DNA of 64,000 bases, taken from assembly GCF_022045235.1 (NCBI RefSeq), contig NW_027266341.1, positions 14,694,001 to 14,758,000 on the forward strand. The letters run 5' to 3'. The position numbers and the translations under genes are program-made. Below the pieces are notes generated by a model. The model was not told the DNA's origin, searched no databases, and was given only the letters and a program-made list of their open reading frames with translations. Below are positions 52,359 through 64,000 of the stretch, piece after piece (the stretch's first letter is position 1; each line of letters starts with the position of its first letter). The DNA comes from Haliotis cracherodii (Eukaryota).

Positions 52359-55300
52359 TTAAGCAGGAACAGTACTGTTGCAGTAGGGGTCAAAAACCGC
52401 AGTAGAGATCGAACTCAGGGTACCACCCACGTCAAATATGTGATCCTCGGAAGACGCGATCTTCGCGATACCAGCCTTATCCACGCTCGACGTCACTGTG
52501 ACGACGAACACCTCCGCCTTTGCGTGCAGCGCCTGTATGCTCACGACAGCATCATCTTTGTATTTGCCGTCGGTGATGATTAGAACCACGTTCCTCGCAT
52601 CTGGACGATCACCCCTAGACTCAGTGTAGATGTTCGCGTTGGCCAGTTTGATGGCGGGATCTAGGTATGTCCCCCCACCCGTACCCCACTGAGAACTTAG
52701 AGCTGAGAGAACATTTGTTTTGTTGTCATATGTATTCAAATTGAAGCCAACGCGCGCCTTTGAGGAGAAAGTAATAAAAGCGACGTTGCTTTCCTCCTTG
52801 CTGATACTAGAGCCATTGACAAAATTCATGACGAATTCATGTGCCTTATCATTATCATGTTTCTCAACGGAAGAAGAGACATCCTCGATGATGAGAAGAT
52901 CAACAGGGTCTGGGTTGCATTCTGCAACAAAGAATATACGTATTTGTGTTCATTTTGTTCTGCGTTCGGATTAATGATTATCCAGGTATTACAGCTCTAT
53001 TGTATGATGATAAATACTCTGGACCCATTCAAAACCAAAGGACTCGTGAAGATCCGGGGTAGAATAGGTCTCCAGCTACCCATGCTTGCCGTAAAAGGCG
53101 ACAATGCTTGTCGTAAGAGACGACTAACGGGATCGGGTGGTCAGGCTCGCTGACATGGTTTGATGCATGTCATCGTATATTCCCGCTATTTGACGGCGGT
53201 CTGTAAATAATCGAGCCTGAACCAGACAATCCAGTGATTGACATCATGAGCATCGATATACGCAATATGGATACGACGACATGCATCAACCAAGCCAGCG
53301 AGCCTGACCACCCGATCCCGTTAGTTGCCTCCTACGACAAGTATGGGTTGCTGAAGATCATTTATAACCCGGAATCTTCACAGGACTGACGTTATCAAGT
53401 AAGACAGTAAGAGAGTGAATGAATGCGTTTAGAGCCGTTTCAATATTATTTCAGTGAGATCAGGAAGCGTCACTTTCACTGAAAGAAAACCTTAAAGTGA
53501 TGCAGGTCAGGCCATCGTTGACCACAAAAGTGATCCTCGTTATAATTAATGAAACTTGTATAAATATTACCGAAACAGTATGCTGACAACATCGACCGTT
53601 TGAAAATTCCATACACCTCCCTGTCTTCACATTTTGTTACCATGGTGACGAAGGGACCAGCACATGCTGTATATGGCGTAGCAATGCACATGGCGACCTG
53701 GTCACCTTTCCTCCCTGCAAATCATAAAACATAATTTGAGAAAAACACACATTGCTCAAGAAGGTATGAACCGATTAATTCAATAGCTATAGTTGAACCC
53801 GGAGACGATTTCGTCTTCAGGAACCCATGCTTGCCGGAAAAGGCGACTGTGCTTGTCGTTAGAGGCGACTAAAGGGATCGGATGGTCAGGCTCGCTGATT
53901 TGGTTGATGGATGTCACCGTATCCCAATTGCGTGGATAGAGGCTCATGATGTCAATCACTGGATTGTCTGGTCCAGACTCGATTATTTACACACTGCCAT
54001 CAAATAGCTGAAATATTGCTGAGTGTGGTGTTAAACAACAAACAAACTATAGTTGACTTGCAAAGTCCATATAAATGTGATTGTAAACACGCCTACAGTG
54101 TATATGTCTTTCAGCCATTCCTTCACAAAATCTTTACATGTTCGATCAACACGTTTGGTTTTGCGTATTACACATTAGTTGCATCAGCTTTATAAATGTG
54201 GAAACATTTAGTAGTATAAAAATAAACATGTCTTTGTTCCTTTAACAAGAAATATTAATGATGCAACTAAAAGACACACATAGCCTCCGGTCACCCTCAA
54301 CAGGTGCTCACTTTTAATCAATTAATAATTAATGTCCTTTAGTGTGTCATAAGATTGGTTGGTTGGTTTGTTGTTTCACGCCGCACTCAGCAATATTCCA
54401 GCTATATGGACCCGTGAAAAGGCGACTAACGACTTGGTTAATGCATGTCATCGACCCCAATGGTGTGGCTCGATGCTGATGATGTCAATCACTGGATTGT
54501 CTGGTCCAGACTCGACTATTTACAGACCGCTGTCATATATAGCTGGAATATTGCTGAGTGCGGCGTAAAAAACCAACCAACCAACCAAAATCCAGCTATA
54601 TGACGGCGGTAAATGTAAATAATCGAGTCTCTCGACAGCGATCCACGCAATTGGGATCAATGACATGCATCAACCAAGTCAGCGAGCCTGACCAGCCGAT
54701 CCCGTGTCATAAGAGACTTATGTTGGACATCTTGTGTTTTTATATAAGTTTGCTTTTTTCCGGCATAAATTTACATTTAAAAAAGGTCTAACTTAATTTC
54801 TTACCCCAATCTTTATTGTACGAATTTATTTTTACACAAAATTACCCGGCAACAGATTACTTTTTACAGACTTTTGCAGAAATGACTGATGGTTAAAAAG
54901 ACATAGTCAAATATAGCAAGTTTTTTTCAGTTTTCAATAACATAAAAAAACAAGGCATGTTGTTTGTTTGTTTGTTGTTTAACGCCACACTCAGCAATTT
55001 TACAGCTATATAAATCGAGTGTGGGCCAGATAATCGAGTGATTGACATCATGCGCATCGATTCACGCAAGAAAGAAATGTTAGGAATGTCCTACCCTGTC
55101 GTTAGCATCCGCCACTTCCACAATTTGCATAAGAAGGTACATGTAGGTGTTTGTTGCCCGACACCGTACAGCAGTACTCCTGCGCTGCGACGGCGGCCAA
55201 AACAAACCAGCCAACCAAGTGGTGGACCAGAAGATCATGTGACACGATATCACTTTACATAAACTTGAAATGGTTTATGAGATAAGACGCAAAAGCACGG

Positions 55301-58300
55301 CCCCCACCTATAGCATAAATGGGATACCATGATGAACAAGCGGCCGGTCCTTTAGGTTGTTGGTCCAAAGGCTTCATCCCTCTTGGAACATCATACCAGC
55401 CTGCTTGAAGCGTATTGTCGTTTAAAGAGACTTTTTTGTCCTCAGCTTGACGTTTATCTATAGAGGGTAACATCATTGTGTTACTACACGGATCTGCAAA
55501 TAGAAAGACTTCATCGTTGTGACATATTCGTTTCGGGTAACAGTGAGTGAGTATGGTTTTACGCCGCTTTTAGCAATATTTCAGCAATATCACGGCGGGG
55601 GACACCAGAAATGGGCTCCACACAATGTACCCATGTCGGGAATCGAACCCGGGTCTTCGGCGTGACGAGCGAACCCTTAAGTTATGTAACTGTGCGTATT
55701 AATATGCCTACATAAGTTTTCGAGGCATGTGCACTAGTATTTGGAACGTCATACTATGTGCTCCCTGGATTGGTAATCAAATATCCCGTCATCCTTCATG
55801 CCCACTTGTAGCTCAGTACGAAAAAATCATCTACAACTCATTTGCCTTAAAATATATCGACATATTGCTTGATTCACACAATGAAAATGTATGTGTTTTT
55901 TTATCAATCAAGTGTTTATTCTCCTAAATCCTTGTCATCTAATTAACCAGATCAGCCCTTTATGGTTATGGAAAGGATTTTAAAGCTTTTATTTATTGTA
56001 AACATAAACAAATATCACTGCATCTGTTTCCTGGGTCCACAAAGTGAATCACTCTCATATTCAACATGACTTCTTCCAATACAGAAAGTGTGTTAATAAA
56101 CTTTGACTGAGACGTGTTGCAAAACCAAAACCAAATATAATATTATTCTTGTGTTTGATTTATATACTAAACAACAAAAGTTCCTGTGACACCAATATTT
56201 TAGTGTATTTTTCAAACAAGTAAAGTTTGGTTTTCAATATTGTAGTACATGTGTGGAATCAAGTCACAAAAATGCAACTGCTACAGAAAAGCATGCATTC
56301 CATGCAAATCCCATGCATTTCACTACCCATGAATGGGTATAAGAACATGTGCGTCAAAGGGATTCCATATGCATTGTTTAGCATCGTGCTGACAACAACT
56401 CAGAAAAACAACAAAATTACGCAATTATTCAACATTACGAAATGCCATGCCTGTCTGAAAATGAGCGTCTGCGACCCAATGGTATGCTTGAAGCAGGAAC
56501 GAGTCAATCGACAAGACAACTTGATTCGAACAACACACCTAGGAAATCGATTCCAGCCAGCAACAGTGACTGCAAGAAGCATCCCTGGCCTTCGACGAAT
56601 ATCTTCACAAACCGTACGTCGTCGCCTCAGATGTGCAGGGATTGTCGCCAGAAGACCCGCCAGACGTCCCATTTTGACAGGAAACCACCGTCAAGCACGT
56701 CTACAGTGGTGCAGACAGCGTCTACGCTGGACGGGCATGCAGTGGGGACAAGTTCTATTCACTGACGAGTCTCGTTTTCACCTCAGCCACAGCAATGGAC
56801 GGTACCGACGTCGTGGTGAACGTTACGTAAATCATTGTGTCATGGAAGAAGATTGGTTCGGGGGCGGCAGCGTTATGGTATGGGGTGGGATTACGACAAG
56901 ACAGAGGACCCGTTTGATAGTGGTAGAGGGAAATATCAATGGACAGCGCTACCGCGACATCATCTGCCCTGTTGTTCTACGGTTTTTGCGTTGTCATGGC
57001 CCAGGCATTACCTTTGAACACGACAACGCCCGGCCTCATATTGCTCGACTTGTTCAGGATTCTCTTCAACAAAACAACGTGAATATCATCCCCTGGCCGG
57101 CTCGCTCCCCTGATCTCTCACCAATCGGGCACATGTGGGATGAGATGGATCGGCGCCTTCGACGTCAACCACGTGTTCCACAGACACTCCAGGAAATTCG
57201 AAACATGCTCCAGCAGATATGGACAGATATCCCACAGGACTGCGTGCGACGCCTGGTCCATTCCATGAGACTAAGATGTGTTGCTTGCATCGCAACCAGA
57301 GGTGGACTATTGATTTGTAAATTGACATTTTGGCATGTTCATGTTTTTATGAAATCACGCATTTTCTGAAGTCAGTTTGGCAAATTAAACCATTTGAACA
57401 ATTACAGGGGTCTTTTATCTGTTGCAAACCGAAATTGTTTCAGATTTGGTAAAAAATTTAACTTTGCATTAAATCTTATTCAATGTCACAGGAAATTTTG
57501 TTCAGTTTAGTTGAATTGTTTGAGTTTTTATGCAGAAAACACACCCACCTCCTTGACAGGTGGGTCCTGAAAACCCGTCCGGACAGCTGCAAGAAAAACC
57601 TTCCAGCGTACTTGTGCAGTTGCCTCCATTCTGACACGGTTCATCCTTACAAGCATTGGGTTCTAGAATGTTTTGGAATAAGAAGGTGGGTGTAGGTTAT
57701 TGGAGGCGAGGTTAAATAGGGTTTGAAGTCGCGTTCAAAATTATTANNNNNNNNNNNNNNNNNNNNNNNNNNNNNNNNNNNNNNNNNNNNNNNNNNNNNN
57801 NNNNNNNNNNNNNNNNNNNNNNNNNNNNNNNNNNNNNNNNNNNNNNNNNNNNNNNNNNNNNNNNNNNNNNNNNNNNNNNNNACGTACTCTCTCTGAGATA
57901 CCATGCCGCAGGTTTACATGAATACCCAACTCCGGCACATTACGCTGATTCCGAGCAGCCCAGTTCTTATCCCCATAATGCCGTACGCGAGCCTCTTTGA
58001 AACACATATTTCAATTAAGATTAAAGAGGGGACATTCGAGAGGATAAATTCTTATTCATTTGAATTTCATATATATACATTTAGGAAAACTGTGACGTCA
58101 AAATACCAAGGTGACAATGGACAAATAACTTACGCCTTTACATTTAACTTAGGCGCATATTTATGAATGAAGGTTCATGATCAAAATGTAGCTGATGTAG
58201 CGGGAAAACTAAAAAGTTGCCGTTTCCACATGCATCTAAATCTTCACTGAGTGGAATCGCGCGGTTGTGTGGCTGCTTTATTTGTCAACGGTGAAGATTC

Positions 58301-61300
58301 ATTCTTCTTTTTAATTTAAGGTTCTGTCTTTCCCATATACTTTTCATTGCATCCACTACAAACAATCAAGTAAATAACATTTCTAGTATCACAAATCATA
58401 TTTTGTTTTACAGTAAATTTACTGTCCTTTGTAATTTGGGCTGAACAACCTTGAATTATATTGCTGCAAGTTAGGCAACGTTTGTCACCGCACAGAATCA
58501 AATTTAGAACTTGTCAAAATCTTTCTAAGATTTGTGGGTTGTCTTTGGCTGTTTATAATTTTTTATTTGCTCAATATCTTCTCCATTTTATATATAAATT
58601 TATATATATTTATATATATATAAATGCCGGATTAGGGAATCATACTTACGAAAACAAAATACGCTCCCAACAACATCGGTGTTTAGTCTGTATACTTCTT
58701 CATTATTGCATTGCTTTGACACTATCTCCATTTCTTTGAAACAGGTGCTTGTCTCGTTTTGAATGCATACCACGGAAACACCATCGCCTCTTTCTAGAAA
58801 ATTACACGTGTCATATGTACTCATGAGACATCAGATATTTATAGAGGAACAATCATGCTGTCAGTTCACATGATGAATTCCGTCAGGTGTTAATTAAAAT
58901 GTATATGAAAAAAAACGTGTTAATATTAAGTTGTCAATGAGAAAAATACATATTTCCCTTAATGGCAAATTCGACGTGATGACTATCCTCTTCGGCGGTA
59001 TGCTTGTGGTAAGAGGCGATTAACAGGATCGGGGGGTCAGGCTCGATGACTTGGTAGAAGAATGTCATCGATCCCAATTGCGTGGATCGATGCTCATGAC
59101 ATCAATCACTGGATTGTCTGGTCCAGACTCGATTATTTACAGACCGCCGTCATACAGCTTGAATATTGCTGAGTGCGGCGTAAAACAACAAACCAACCTA
59201 ATCGGCGGGGCCATGGGTGGTAATTCACTGCATAGTGATGAGTGTCTTAAGCGGTTCCAGTTCCTCAAAACATGTCGTAAGTACGTGTATATGGTAAAAT
59301 TTTGGAGTAACGATCGTCTTAACGCTACGGTTGTCGTAAGTACGCGTGTATGTTAAATTATTGGAGTAACGTGTACGTGTATATGGTAAAATATTGGAGT
59401 TACCATAATCATAGCGCTACGTTTGTCGTAAGTACGTGTGTATGTTAACATATTGGAGTAATGTGTTCGTGTGTATGGTGAAATATTGGAGTTACCCTCA
59501 TCTTAGCGCTATGTTTTTCGTAAGTACGTGTGTATGTTAACATATTGGAGTAATGTGTTCGTGTGTATGGTGAAATATTGGAGTTACCCTCATCTTAGCG
59601 CTATGTTTGTCGTAAGTACGTGTGTATGTTAAAATATTGGAGTTATGATCGTCTAAATGCTACGGTTGTCGTAAGTACATGTATTTGATTTGGTACATGG
59701 CTCAGTGAAACGGACCATTCAGAATGCGAGTTACAAACCAGCCTAAAAGTTTGGTTGGAGAAAATTGGCATTACATGAATGAATAATGCTTACATGGATG
59801 TGTTATGCTTACTTCGAGTAGTTCCTGCTGGGTGACCCCGTTTGCATTTTTATCAAATCGTGATACCAAGTTTTTCGTGTTGGTTTATATCATCTATATC
59901 ACTACCCATTAAAAAGACATTGTATGAGATACATTATCGTGTTTACAAGCAACAAATACCAAAATGTGCCACAAATGTAGACAAGCAAATAAGTTCAACA
60001 TAACTTATGATATATTTTTTCCCACCAAGTATTGTTTCAAATTACACACCAGTTTCATGAAGCTGTGTGAAGGTGGGGGCACGGGTGGCCCAGTCGTCTA
60101 AGGCGCCGCGATTCGCTGTGCAGAGTTGCGTCCCTTGGGCACGCCAGAAGCCTATGATTGTGGGTTCGAATCCCGGTTTGCCCTGATTATGTTTCTAGTT
60201 TTGTCAGCACCATACCCGTGGTAATTTATATACGTCTGAGACCTGCATCACTTCGGGCTTTCCTCCCACATTAAGCTGACACGCCGTGATATAACTGGAA
60301 TACTGTTAAAAGCGGCGTTAAACCAAACTCACTCACTCACTATTTTAAGATATGAGTCCGAGCTGAAGTTACCTTTTCTCCAGATTGGATACTTTCCGCC
60401 ACAATAACCTACACCAGGCGCATATTCCAATAGAGACCCTTGATCATGTGCTTTGAAGGTTTTCGGCTCTAGTGTTGAATCGTCCATTGTACCTTCACCT
60501 TTGATAAACGGCCATCGTTTTTGAAGGTAGTTCACTGAGGTACTCCTCTCTCTGCAAATGTCTAGTAAATGAAACATGTTAAACATAGAGTCTTTTCTTG
60601 ACAAATAACACGTTTATTTCAACTCGTAACAAAAGAATGGCATTTAATTCGTGGCTGTGTCACTCTTGAAAATATCCACTTTGTCAGGTCTTTCGGCGAG
60701 ATTACCATTGACAAGAAAAATAAATATTCATCGATTATGTTCCATGTATTGAATTGTGCTGTGCCTTTCTTGTATTTTATTGAAGGACACTGGACGCTGC
60801 CTACCGCCACAGAGTGCAACACAATGATGTTACGATGTCATACAGTCAACACCATAATGTTACGATGAATACAGTCAACAACATTGTTTTACGATGACAT
60901 ACTGTCAACACCAATCCGAGTGTATAGTGAACAATACAGAGTTAAAACAAACTGTCACGCTCACTTGGGCCTGACACGTCAGATTAAATCTAACCATTTG
61001 TTTCGGTCTTCAAGAAAGTGCAAGTGTAAAAGAACATTTACTGTTAATGGTATAGAAAACGCATTTGTAAACCTTTCCCGCATTTGATATGTAACTGCAT
61101 GAAGCCAGATCTAAACTGATGGTTAAAGAAAGTATACCGAGTTTGTTTTAATAGTTATTGAAAAATAAAATTAAATACATTTTATTTTGTCAATTTAACC
61201 ATCACCCATTCGTGCAACAGTTTGTAAAATGTAATCTGAAGCTGGGTAATTTTGTGCAAAAATAATTTGATCCAATGAAGACTGGGCTATGAAGTAAATT

Positions 61301-62916
61301 TGCAACAACTTGCCCCTACCATGTTTGAAAATGCTGTAAATTTGTGAAGCAATAAGACATTACCGTATTCGACATAATAAGCGCCCCGCTCTAATAAGCG
61401 CCAACGGCGATATTTACTAATATATTGACTAGTGAACAATCCCAATTACTAATATATTGACTAGTGAACAATCCCAATTAGCACCCTTTCCGATTGATCA
61501 ATGTACACACGACCTATTTATTCGCATTCGTGTGTTATATGCACCCTTAATTATGGGCAATTGAATTCTGGAAAAATATATCTGTCGTACATAAACATTT
61601 CAGGCTGTCAGCATAAACCTCGAAATTTATCTTTCAACACTGTCTTTTTTCACCAAAATAATATTCTAATAAGAGCCCCCTATTTCTAATTTTGAGAGCG
61701 CCCTGGGCGCCTATTAATCGAATACGGTAATAGATTTTCTATCATAAGATGTCAAAGATACCCATCAGGAATTGCGTAGGATGCGAATTTTTATTTTTAT
61801 GTTTATTTTAAAAAGTTTTTCAATCTAATTGCATATAAATAATAAAATACGTAGAAGTAATCTATGGGTGCTGTATAAGCACCAGTAAGTTCATTTTCTT
61901 GGATATAATAACGCTGAATTAAAGGGAAAGTCAACACAGTAATTTTGCTTTTGATAAAACGTTAGGGCATACTTTATCAAATATGTCTGCTCATCCATTT
62001 CATTACCGTATCCACAACTCATGTCACCTGAGATGTCTTCGGTTGTTTGCTCAGGGGATTAATCCCTGACAGCCATTTGATTTTGGAATAGGGCCCCTTT
62101 GTTTTATTACCCAAAAAGAAGTTTAGTAATAAAACGCTAGTTACCGATTGTTAATTGCTATATTAATTATTCACAACGTCAAGATCAAACGTCTCTTCAC
62201 ACATTCAACAATATATGCAATGTTGTTATTTTTGTTGGACTCCGGGGTAGAATAGGTCTTCAGGATCCCATACTTGCCGTAAATGGCGACAATGCTTGTC
62301 GTAAAAGGCGACTAACGGGATCGGGTGGTCAGGCTCGCTGACTTGGCTGATATATGTCATCGATCCCCAATTGCGTGGATCGATGCTGATGATGTCAATT
62401 ACTGGATTGCTTGGTCCAGACTCGATTATGTTACAGACCGCCGTCATATAGCTGGAATATTGCCGAGTGCGGCATTAAACAACAAACAAACAAACAAACA
62501 AACATAACGGCTGATAATCACAAGAAAGATAAGTGCTGCAAACGTATCAGCCACTGAAAACAGTTGTCACTGCTGTCCGATAGTTTCAGACCACGTCCCC
62601 AAATGGGTTTGTTTTGGAAGCCGATTACGGGGCAAGTTATTTCAGCACTTTCACTTGGACATTTAAATATTATGATTTTTTCTCTCTCGGAAATTGACTA
62701 CTTATATTCAGGAAAATCAATATTCACCGAAAAATCTCAATATTTTATCTTCACTTTACTTGCCCTTTAAGATATTTTCAATTGAAAATCAAACATATAA
62801 CAAAACCAACTGAGAGGTATAGTTTCTTTAAATCACTAAGCCTTCCAAAATGACCTACCATCTATGGCTGACGTTAGTGGGATCAGGAACAACAGCAGTA
62901 GCGGCGTTCCCATCAT
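52359..62916 (-). CDS. Secreted protein: signal peptide + 2x uromodulin/GP2-type Cys-rich (D8C-like) repeat + C-terminal vWA domain (~427 aa)
   Basis: Minus-strand exons 62916-62859 (MMGTPLLLLFLIPLTSAID), 60561-60373 (DIC...GYCGGKYPIWRK), 58793-58650 (..VVC..TC..KQC..EVYRL..VFCF), 55493-55308 (PCS..GWY..ACSSWYPIY), 53714-53571 (..MC..AC..KC..EVY..AYCF), 52921-52359 (ECNPDPVDLLIIEDVSSS...GGTY...IITDG...*). All introns are phase 1 GT-AG. The vWA MIDAS DxSxS/T/D is present. An N-gap lies in intron 3. Confidence 0.85.
53041..53387. repeat. Fold-back pair of family D copies (plus-strand 5' half joined to a minus-strand copy)
   Basis: 53041-53180 (+) and 53182-53387 (-) are mutually complementary over the head region. 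Confidence 0.8.
56165..57512 (+). mobile_element. Tc1-family (DD34E) transposon, inactive, in an intron of the vWA gene
   Basis: TIRs CTAAACAACAAAAGTTCCTGTGACA and TGTCACAGGAAATTTTGTTCAGTTTAG. The true start MPCLSENERLR..GMLEAG at 56442 is frameshifted from the body. Motifs FTDESRF, GGGSVMVWGGI, HDNARPH, WPARSPDLSPIG; the residue after the 34-aa spacer is G instead of the catalytic E. Confidence 0.93.
57747..57881. other. Assembly gap (N run)
   Basis: Run of n characters within intron 3 of the vWA gene. Confidence 1.
58130..58590 (-). mobile_element. Penelope-like element GIY-YIG endonuclease fragment
   Basis: CGDKRCLTC...F.VKQNMICDTRNVIYLIVCSGCNEKYMGKT: CxxC..C..NVIY.I.C..C...Y.G.T signature. 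Confidence 0.8.
59250..59716. repeat. Minisatellite (~60/90-bp units) inside degenerate MITE ends
   Basis: Repeats of GTCGTAAGTACGTGTGTATGTTAA.ATATTGGAGT...CATCTTAGCGCTA. Confidence 0.8.
60075..60341 (+). mobile_element. SINE family B in a vWA-gene intron
   Basis: Same head and tail as the copy at 15316-15600. Confidence 0.88.
61363..61727. mobile_element. TA-flanked Tc1/mariner(pogo)-type MITE
   Basis: TA|CCGTATTCGACATAATAAGCGCCC...GGGCGCCTATTAATCGAATACGG|TA; internal ~33-bp direct duplication at ~61414-61479. Confidence 0.8.
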
Positions 62917-63523
62917 TATCTGTAAGAACATATATAGCATGTATCCGCGGCCTTTCACATGATAATCATTCTCATAAACGGTGACGATGTGTGGTGATAA
63001 GTACCATATTATTTTACAAGGGGAATGAAATAAAAAAAATCAGAGCAGATACAATTAGATTCCGTCCAAATTGCTTCAAAGCCTAAGGTTTGGTTATAAT
63101 CATCTACCAACATCGTCCTAATCATTTTCTTCTCCACTTTATTGGAAATACATCTACACTGTTTATGAAAACACAAATCCATTAATTATTCAATAGTGAA
63201 TTTGTTGTCAGCCGGTCAGAGAAGAGCACGTGGTTTCCAGGTCCTCGGTCCGAACTCACGAAACAGTTAGAGCTGCAAATCTGTTTTCATCTTAAAGATG
63301 AACGTAAACAGAAAATAAATAGAGAAAATAATGGCAATATAATAATAATGTGAATATTTTAACCCCTCTCGTTTCTGAGCGCTTCTCATCTTCACCTAAA
63401 ATGGTGTTCAGAGAGGACACTTTTGTGTGGGTTTTCAATTGTTTCAGACCAAATTTTACGAATCGGCCCCGAGGAGGTAAAAAAATATGTTAAGCAGACA
63501 ACTGGGACTGACAACGGATCAGG

Positions 63524-63613
63524 CATCTTCCCGAGGGAAGTTAGGTTATTGAATGCCAACCCTGTGGAAACTATACATTTTTAGTCAGTTAACTCCCTTG
63601 CCTTTGGCAGATG
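63524..63613. mobile_element. Internally deleted copy of the same MITE
   Basis: CATCTTCCCGAGGGAAG...TAGTCAGTTAACTCCCTTGCCTTTGGCAGATG. Confidence 0.65.
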
Positions 63614-64000
63614 CGGATCCGGTTGATAATTTGGCTAAAAAGAACCAGCATGATTCATTTTCATTTTGCGGTCAAAGGTCGCTCAGGGCTCAACTGGACA
63701 ATAATACACTGTTCTATCACAGACCCGTGAAGAATTGGGTTAGAATTGGTCTTCAGCAACCCATGCTTATCTAACGGGACCGAGTGGTCAGGCTCGCTGA
63801 CTTGATTGATGGATATAATCGAATCCCAATAGCGAAGATTGAAGCTCAAGATGTCAATTACTGGATTGTCTGGGCCAGACTCAGAATTACGACATGCAGC
63901 TGGAATATTACTTATATTGTGTTAAACAACAAACAAATCAACAAAATGTTCTATCCATTTGGTTATGTGTGTCCATGAGTTTTGACAAGTGTTTGACTCC

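Noticed and set aside
56227-57369. 380-aa ORF as an active or domesticated transposase
   Set aside because: The true N-terminus is in another frame, the HTH region is partly deleted, and the catalytic E is replaced by G.
59270-59680. CRISPR-like appearance of regular repeats
   Set aside because: Eukaryotic context, no unique spacers and no cas genes; it is a minisatellite.

Overview
Eukaryotic, AT-rich, SINE-dense genomic DNA. It is most likely a mollusc (gastropod/abalone-like); this is inferred from the repeat families and not proven. The real genes are spliced and mostly invisible in the ORF track, so I assembled them by hand from GT-AG boundaries and exon phase. (1) The 5' part of an OCIAD1/asrij-like gene lies on the minus strand (7654 to <1299). 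(2) The centre (13678-49515) is a four-copy tandem array with a ~9.2-9.6 kb period. Each copy is an intact five-exon gene for a 193-aa secreted prepro-protein whose C-terminal ~104 aa look like a Spaetzle/NGF-type cystine knot. Each copy has a compact promoter with kB-like, ETS, CCAAT and TATA motifs. The copies are recombinant mosaics, share an old Tc1 relic that fills intron 4, and every unit junction is marked by a solo MITE arm. (3) A convergent minus-strand gene (62916-52359) encodes a secreted protein with two six-Cys uromodulin/GP2-type (D8C-like) repeats plus a MIDAS-bearing vWA domain. The rest is at least four SINE families with related 3' tails (one has no tRNA head and a structured, precisely defined 5' end), decayed LINEs, a dead Tc1, a Penelope GIY-YIG fragment, MITEs, a MITE-derived minisatellite and an assembly gap.
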